Source of the DNA: Bdellovibrionales bacterium
GTDB lineage: Bacteria; Bdellovibrionota; Bdellovibrionia; Bdellovibrionales; Bdellovibrionaceae
NCBI GenBank assembly: GCA_031370005.1
Contig: JANMPT010000003.1
Coordinates: forward strand, 1-64,000
DNA length: 64,000 nt
Reading direction: 5' to 3'
A program made the translations under genes and the position numbers. Below, one piece after another: positions 59,613 to 64,000 of this stretch. Position 1 is the stretch's first letter; each line of letters begins with the position of its first letter. The notes beneath the pieces were generated by a model that had not been told where the DNA came from, ran no database searches, and saw nothing but the letters and a program-made list of their open reading frames with translations.

Positions 59613-59651
59613 GAGAAGACTCCTTTTGAAGAATCACTTATATATAAGAAA

Positions 59652-60410
59652 TTAGTTCCAATATCTAGGACCATTATCTGATTTTTTCGAATTTTCATTA
59701 TCCACTACTAGACGCAAATTGCGTCCCTTCTTCTTGCTCTTTTTAAGATTCTCATAGTTTTTCCAACGACTCATTAGTAATAGTGCCACATAACCTGATG
59801 CTAAGCCTCCAATATGAGCCAAGTAAGCGACCTCGCCACCGCTAATACCCGAGGTCAGCATCGAAGCGATCTGAATGCCCCCCATGATCATAACGAAGTA
59901 GCGGGTTTTCATCGGAAAAAGCATGAAGAAGTAAATAATACGGTCTCCGAAAAGAATCCCCTGCGCCAGCATCAGGCCAAAAATAGCTCCCGAGGCACCA
60001 ATTACTGGAATAATCAGACCTGTCTGCGATCCCGTGGCCACCGCATACCCGGCCATACCTAGGCAATAAAGCACAGCAGCACCCACTCCGGTAAAGAGGT
60101 AGTAAAATAAAAAATATTTCCCACCCCAGCGCTGCTCGAGCTCAGCTCCAAAGAACCAAAGCATCAACATATTAAACAAAATATGCGTGATCTGCATGGA
60201 GTGCAGAAACATGTAGGTGAAGAGCTCCCAAATCTGAAACTGAAAAATCACTCGTGAGGGCACAAGGCTTAGAAAATTTGTGAACGGGACTTTAAAAAAG
60301 CCTTCCAATAAAACCTGGAAAGCAAACCAAATTGCAACATTGACTATAATTAACCATTTTACCACAGGAGTAAATGGAACTGCCATGCTCATTTGTGATC
60401 CACGATTCAC
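59652..60410 (-). CDS. Rhomboid family intramembrane serine protease
   Basis: TYMFLH..HILFNM, GASGA, AHIGG. Confidence 0.93.
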   Translation of the reverse strand: MNRGSQMSMAVPFTPVVKWLIIVNVAIWFAFQVLLEGFFKVPFTNFLSLVPSRVIFQFQIWELFTYMFLHSMQITHILFNMLMLWFFGAELEQRWGGKYFLFYYLFTGVGAAVLYCLGMAGYAVATGSQTGLIIPVIGASGAIFGLMLAQGILFGDRIIYFFMLFPMKTRYFVMIMGGIQIASMLTSGISGGEVAYLAHIGGLASGYVALLLMSRWKNYENLKKSKKKGRNLRLVVDNENSKKSDNGPRYWN

Positions 60411-60422
60411 AGTGATTCTCCT

Positions 60423-61022
60423 CTAAAACTTCCTACTAAAATACCCCAAAAAGCGATCGTACGTCTGCTCTAGACTTTCAACAACGACTTTGGTCTCGGC
60501 GATAAGCGGAAAAAAGTTCAAGTCACCGGACCAACGGGGAATCACGTGATAGTGAAGGTGATTGGGAATCCCAGCTCCCGCCACTGCCCCGTGATTCAGC
60601 CCCACGTTCACCCCACCGGGCTGATAAATGTCCTGCAGGGCTTTCATTGCCAAACGCAAAGTATCGTGCAAGTCATAATGCGCCTCTTTACTAAGTGCCA
60701 AGAGATCCCCCTGATGCTTAAGTGGAATCACCAATAAGTGACCGCTATTATATGGGTATTTATTTAAAACAATCATACAGTGCTTTGTTTTATAAACACA
60801 AAGGGTGTCAAATGAAGTCTCGTTTTTAGCCGCTTTACAAAAGACACATGCTTCGGGCTTAATCAGCTTGCGAACATACTTGAAGCGATCCGGGCGAAAT
60901 AAAACATCTCTTTCGAGGGGCCAAAGATCCTTCGACATCTTCAAAAACAACTCCGGCTCTTTGGCTTTCTTTTTCTTTTTTTGAGGGAGCTTCTTCTCTG
61001 CCAAAAAAACCCCTACTCCCAA
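60423..61022 (-). CDS. HIT family hydrolase (Ap4A phosphorylase-like)
   Basis: CVFC, LNKYPYNSGHL, G.VAGAGI..HLHYHVIPRW.GD.NF; start uncertain. Confidence 0.9.
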   Translation of the reverse strand: MGVGVFLAEKKLPQKKKKKAKEPELFLKMSKDLWPLERDVLFRPDRFKYVRKLIKPEACVFCKAAKNETSFDTLCVYKTKHCMIVLNKYPYNSGHLLVIPLKHQGDLLALSKEAHYDLHDTLRLAMKALQDIYQPGGVNVGLNHGAVAGAGIPNHLHYHVIPRWSGDLNFFPLIAETKVVVESLEQTYDRFLGYFSRKF

Positions 61023-61984
61023 AAACCTGGCATAATTAGCATTGGCTGATTCAAATATTGAGCTCTGAAAACTTTGCGCAGGGTACCTTCAATAGCTTTG
61101 TCACCGGTATGCTTAGAAAACAATTGGGCAATTTCATCAATCGAATTCAAATCGTCCTCGTCCTGTTTTTCAAAAAAATCCCAGATCCCTGAACGCTTCT
61201 TTGGGACCTCAAAAAGCTTATAGTCATCCCCCAGGTTCGCCACTTTGGCAGCCACCTTAACCGCATCATCTAATGTTCCTAAGGAATCCGCAAAACCCAA
61301 TTGTACAGCTTGCCTGCCGGTCATCACACGTCCGTCAGCGTATCGACCGACAACCTCAGGACTCAACTTACGACCTTCAACAACAGCCTGCTTAAACTGG
61401 TCATAGACATCATTGATCAAGTCTTGGAACAAGACCTTTTCATCCGGACGCATTGATCTGTACTCCGCACCAGAGTCTTTGAATTTTCCAGAGTTAATCG
61501 AGAAGCGAGAAACCTTTGCCCAATCGTAGAGTTTCTCGAGATTTGCAAACTCCATGATCACACCAATAGAGCCAACTAGAGCACCTGGCGCAACGACGAT
61601 TTTATCACAAGCCACCGCAGAGTAGTAAGCACCACTGGCAAGTAGACCTGAAGAGGAGCAGATGATTGGTTTTTTAGTTTGTTCTTTTACTGCCTTAATT
61701 GCTGCATAGATTTCTTGAGAGGGCCCAACCGCCCCACCTGGAGAATTGATATTAATAACAATTGCCTTGATCTTATCCTCATCTTTGTACTTTTTAAGTT
61801 TCTTCATGAACTTTTTGCCGTTCATAATTACACCTTCAAGGTCCAACTGAAGAATACTATTTTTAGAAACTAGAGTCGTTTGTTCAGCTTTTTCACCAAC
61901 GAAACTGCTGCCCCACTTCACCACGCTAAAAAGACCAACAATAACTAAAACAACGATAATAAAACGAATAAAAGGATTTTTCAT
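61013..61984 (-). CDS. sppA: Signal peptide peptidase SppA (S49)
   Basis: INSPGGAV..SQEI, ASGAYY, GSIGVI, SGKFKD, DGRV.TG.QA. Confidence 0.93.
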   Translation of the reverse strand: MKNPFIRFIIVVLVIVGLFSVVKWGSSFVGEKAEQTTLVSKNSILQLDLEGVIMNGKKFMKKLKKYKDEDKIKAIVININSPGGAVGPSQEIYAAIKAVKEQTKKPIICSSSGLLASGAYYSAVACDKIVVAPGALVGSIGVIMEFANLEKLYDWAKVSRFSINSGKFKDSGAEYRSMRPDEKVLFQDLINDVYDQFKQAVVEGRKLSPEVVGRYADGRVMTGRQAVQLGFADSLGTLDDAVKVAAKVANLGDDYKLFEVPKKRSGIWDFFEKQDEDDLNSIDEIAQLFSKHTGDKAIEGTLRKVFRAQYLNQPMLIMPGFWE

Positions 61985-62018
61985 TTGTACTCCATTAAGA
62001 TTGTTAATCTTAACAGGC

Positions 62019-62052
62019 AAAAAAAAAGGGAGTCTATGAGACTCCCTTTTTT
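62019..62052 (-). terminator. Rho-independent terminator after rpsA
   Basis: AAAAAAGGGAGTCT-ATG-AGACTCCCTTTTTT hairpin with a U-tract on the minus strand. Confidence 0.85.
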
Positions 62053-62073
62053 GCGCCTTGCGCCTTAATAGAA

Positions 62074-63876
62074 TTAATTCTTACCTTCTGGTTTTTGCAT
62101 ATTTTTAAGCTGCTCAGCAAACAAATCGCCAAGTGTTGACTTTGAAGTTGCTGTTGCCTTCTTCACATAGTCTTCAACATCCGATTTTGACTCTCTCAAC
62201 TTGATCAACTTTGAAGAAAGACCGATTTTACGAGCGTCTTTATCAATAGAGATTACTTCAGCCTTCAACACAGTACCTATCTTAACAAAGTCTTCAGTCG
62301 TATTGATTTTATCAGTTGTTAGTTCAGAAATATGGATCAGACCTTCAATATCAGACTCAAGCTCAACAAAAGCTCCAAAATCAGCAATTTTAGTTACTTT
62401 TACTTCGTGTTGGGTACCAATAGTGTATTTGTTCTCGATATTTGACCAAGGGTCAGACTCAAGCTGCTTGATGCCTAAAGAGAATCTCTCGTTTTCGATG
62501 TCTACACCTAAAACAACCGCACGAATTTTTTGCCCTTTAGCATAAAGCTCATTTGGATGATTAACGCGCTTAGTCCAAGAGAAGTCAGAGATATGCACAA
62601 GTCCATCAATCCCCTCTTCAATACCAACAAAGATACCAAAATCAGTTACTGACTTAACCTCGCCCTCAATAATAGTCCCAGGAGCATAAGACTCTTTCAA
62701 CTCAACCCAAGGGTTAGATTGAAGCTGCTTCATCCCCAAACTAATACGGCGGTTTTCAGTGTCAACTTCAAGAACCACTACTTCAACTTCTTGATCAACT
62801 GTAACGACCTGAGAAGGATGTTTTACTCGCTTAGTCCAAGACATCTCTGAAACATGTATAAGACCCTCAATGCCTTCACCAAGTTCTACGAACGCCCCGT
62901 ACTCAGCCAAAGACACAACTTTGCCCTTAAGCTTAGTTCCCGGAGGATAAGAAGCCTTAACAGACTCCCAAGGATCAGGATGCAATTGTTTCATCCCCAA
63001 AGACACACGTTCTTTTTCTTGATCGTATTTAAGAATTTTAACTTGAATTTCATCACTCACTTTTAATAGCTCTGAAGGGTGCTTTACGCGGCCCCAAGAC
63101 ATATCAGTGATATGAAGAAGTCCATCCATGCCGCCCAAGTCAATAAACGCACCGTAATCGGTAATGTTTTTAACTAGGCCAGTAACAATAGAACCCTCTT
63201 TCATAGTGTCCAAAGTTTCGGCTCTGAGACTGTCACGTTCCTCTTCAAGAAGGGCGCGACGAGAAAGAACAATGTTGCCACGTTTTTTATTAAATTTGAT
63301 GACTTTGAATTTATACTTCTTACCAATGTACACGTCCATATTTCGGACGGGGCGAAGGTCAATTTGCGAGCCAGGCAAAAAGGCTTTAACACCGATATCA
63401 ACACTCAAGCCGCCTTTAACTTTTGCGACAACAGTTCCTTCGATAACCTCTTCGTTTTCTGCTGCTTTAGAGATGTCAGACCAAGCACGAAGCATATCAG
63501 CTTTGTCTTTGGAGAGAACGATCATGCCATTTTCATTTTCGATGCGATCAATCAATACTTCCACAGTGTCGCCGGCTCTTACATCACGTGCGCCATCTAC
63601 AAAGCGAAACTCATTAATTGGAATCAAACCTTCCGACTTGTAGTTAATATCTACAAGTACGTAGTCCGACTGTACTTCAACCACTTTTCCAGTAACAACG
63701 TCACCAAGGTTGAAGTCTTGATCTTTAACAGATGCCTCAAATAGCGAATCAAAATCGCCTTTTTCAGCTCTATTTCCATAAATTCCAGGATTAGATGGAA
63801 CCTTGGAGTCTTCTGCGTCCAAGAAAGCGAGAACTTTCTGCTTTTCAAGAGCGGCTTTGTTTAAGTTTTTACCCAT
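62074..63876 (-). CDS. rpsA: 30S ribosomal protein S1
   Basis: Six S1 repeats (AFLPGSQID, DYGAFIDLGG.DGLLH.TD.SW, EGLIHVSEMSW). Confidence 0.97.
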   Translation of the reverse strand: MGKNLNKAALEKQKVLAFLDAEDSKVPSNPGIYGNRAEKGDFDSLFEASVKDQDFNLGDVVTGKVVEVQSDYVLVDINYKSEGLIPINEFRFVDGARDVRAGDTVEVLIDRIENENGMIVLSKDKADMLRAWSDISKAAENEEVIEGTVVAKVKGGLSVDIGVKAFLPGSQIDLRPVRNMDVYIGKKYKFKVIKFNKKRGNIVLSRRALLEEERDSLRAETLDTMKEGSIVTGLVKNITDYGAFIDLGGMDGLLHITDMSWGRVKHPSELLKVSDEIQVKILKYDQEKERVSLGMKQLHPDPWESVKASYPPGTKLKGKVVSLAEYGAFVELGEGIEGLIHVSEMSWTKRVKHPSQVVTVDQEVEVVVLEVDTENRRISLGMKQLQSNPWVELKESYAPGTIIEGEVKSVTDFGIFVGIEEGIDGLVHISDFSWTKRVNHPNELYAKGQKIRAVVLGVDIENERFSLGIKQLESDPWSNIENKYTIGTQHEVKVTKIADFGAFVELESDIEGLIHISELTTDKINTTEDFVKIGTVLKAEVISIDKDARKIGLSSKLIKLRESKSDVEDYVKKATATSKSTLGDLFAEQLKNMQKPEGKN

Positions 63877-64000
63877 AGTAATAATATATACCTCCCACGT
63901 GATAGATCCTCTAGATGGCTAGCCCTGGGTTGTTAAAGGTATTCGCCGGGCTCTATCCGTTTATAAATTATGAAGATTGGTTGTATAAGCCCGTTTTCAC

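Noticed and set aside
960..63848. Many short ORFs overlapping or antisense to long genes
   Set aside because: Shadow frames of well-supported CDSs with no independent evidence.
1..64000. CRISPR array, cas genes, rRNA, IS transposase or prophage structural genes
   Set aside because: No regularly spaced repeats and no recognisable motifs for these were seen by eye.

Overview
Bacterial chromosome segment that looks Bdellovibrionota-like. This is an inference from gene content (many secreted hydrolases and hypotheticals, fliL, sigma28-type promoters). Most of the window is housekeeping or envelope genes (lnt, mutS2, lysA/mpaA/dapD, Lol/Mla transporters, ftsH, hisS, lgt, nrdR-nusB, M16 peptidases, sppA, rpsA). 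The notable part is a ~10 kb accessory island (31.7-41.7 kb) between two convergent tRNA genes, tRNA-Leu(CAG) on + and tRNA-Ala(GGC) on -. A large serine recombinase gene runs into the 3' end of tRNA-Leu and stops inside it. Further along are two 30-nt tRNA-end-mimicking sites (GGTTCnTCTA-N13-GGCACCA) that share the core GCACCA with the tRNA. Each is followed on the minus strand by an orphan reading frame in the recombinase's frame, so excision would rebuild the recombinase with a new C-terminal tail (one tail is HTH-like). Each tail, plus a third partly deleted copy, is followed directly by a sigma70 promoter and a different toxin-antitoxin module, giving an att-tail-TA cassette-like array. 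The first unit also carries a replication-relaxation family gene, a palindrome-rich non-coding region and a tRNA-Ser 3' fragment. All family assignments come from motif recognition by eye, with no database searches.
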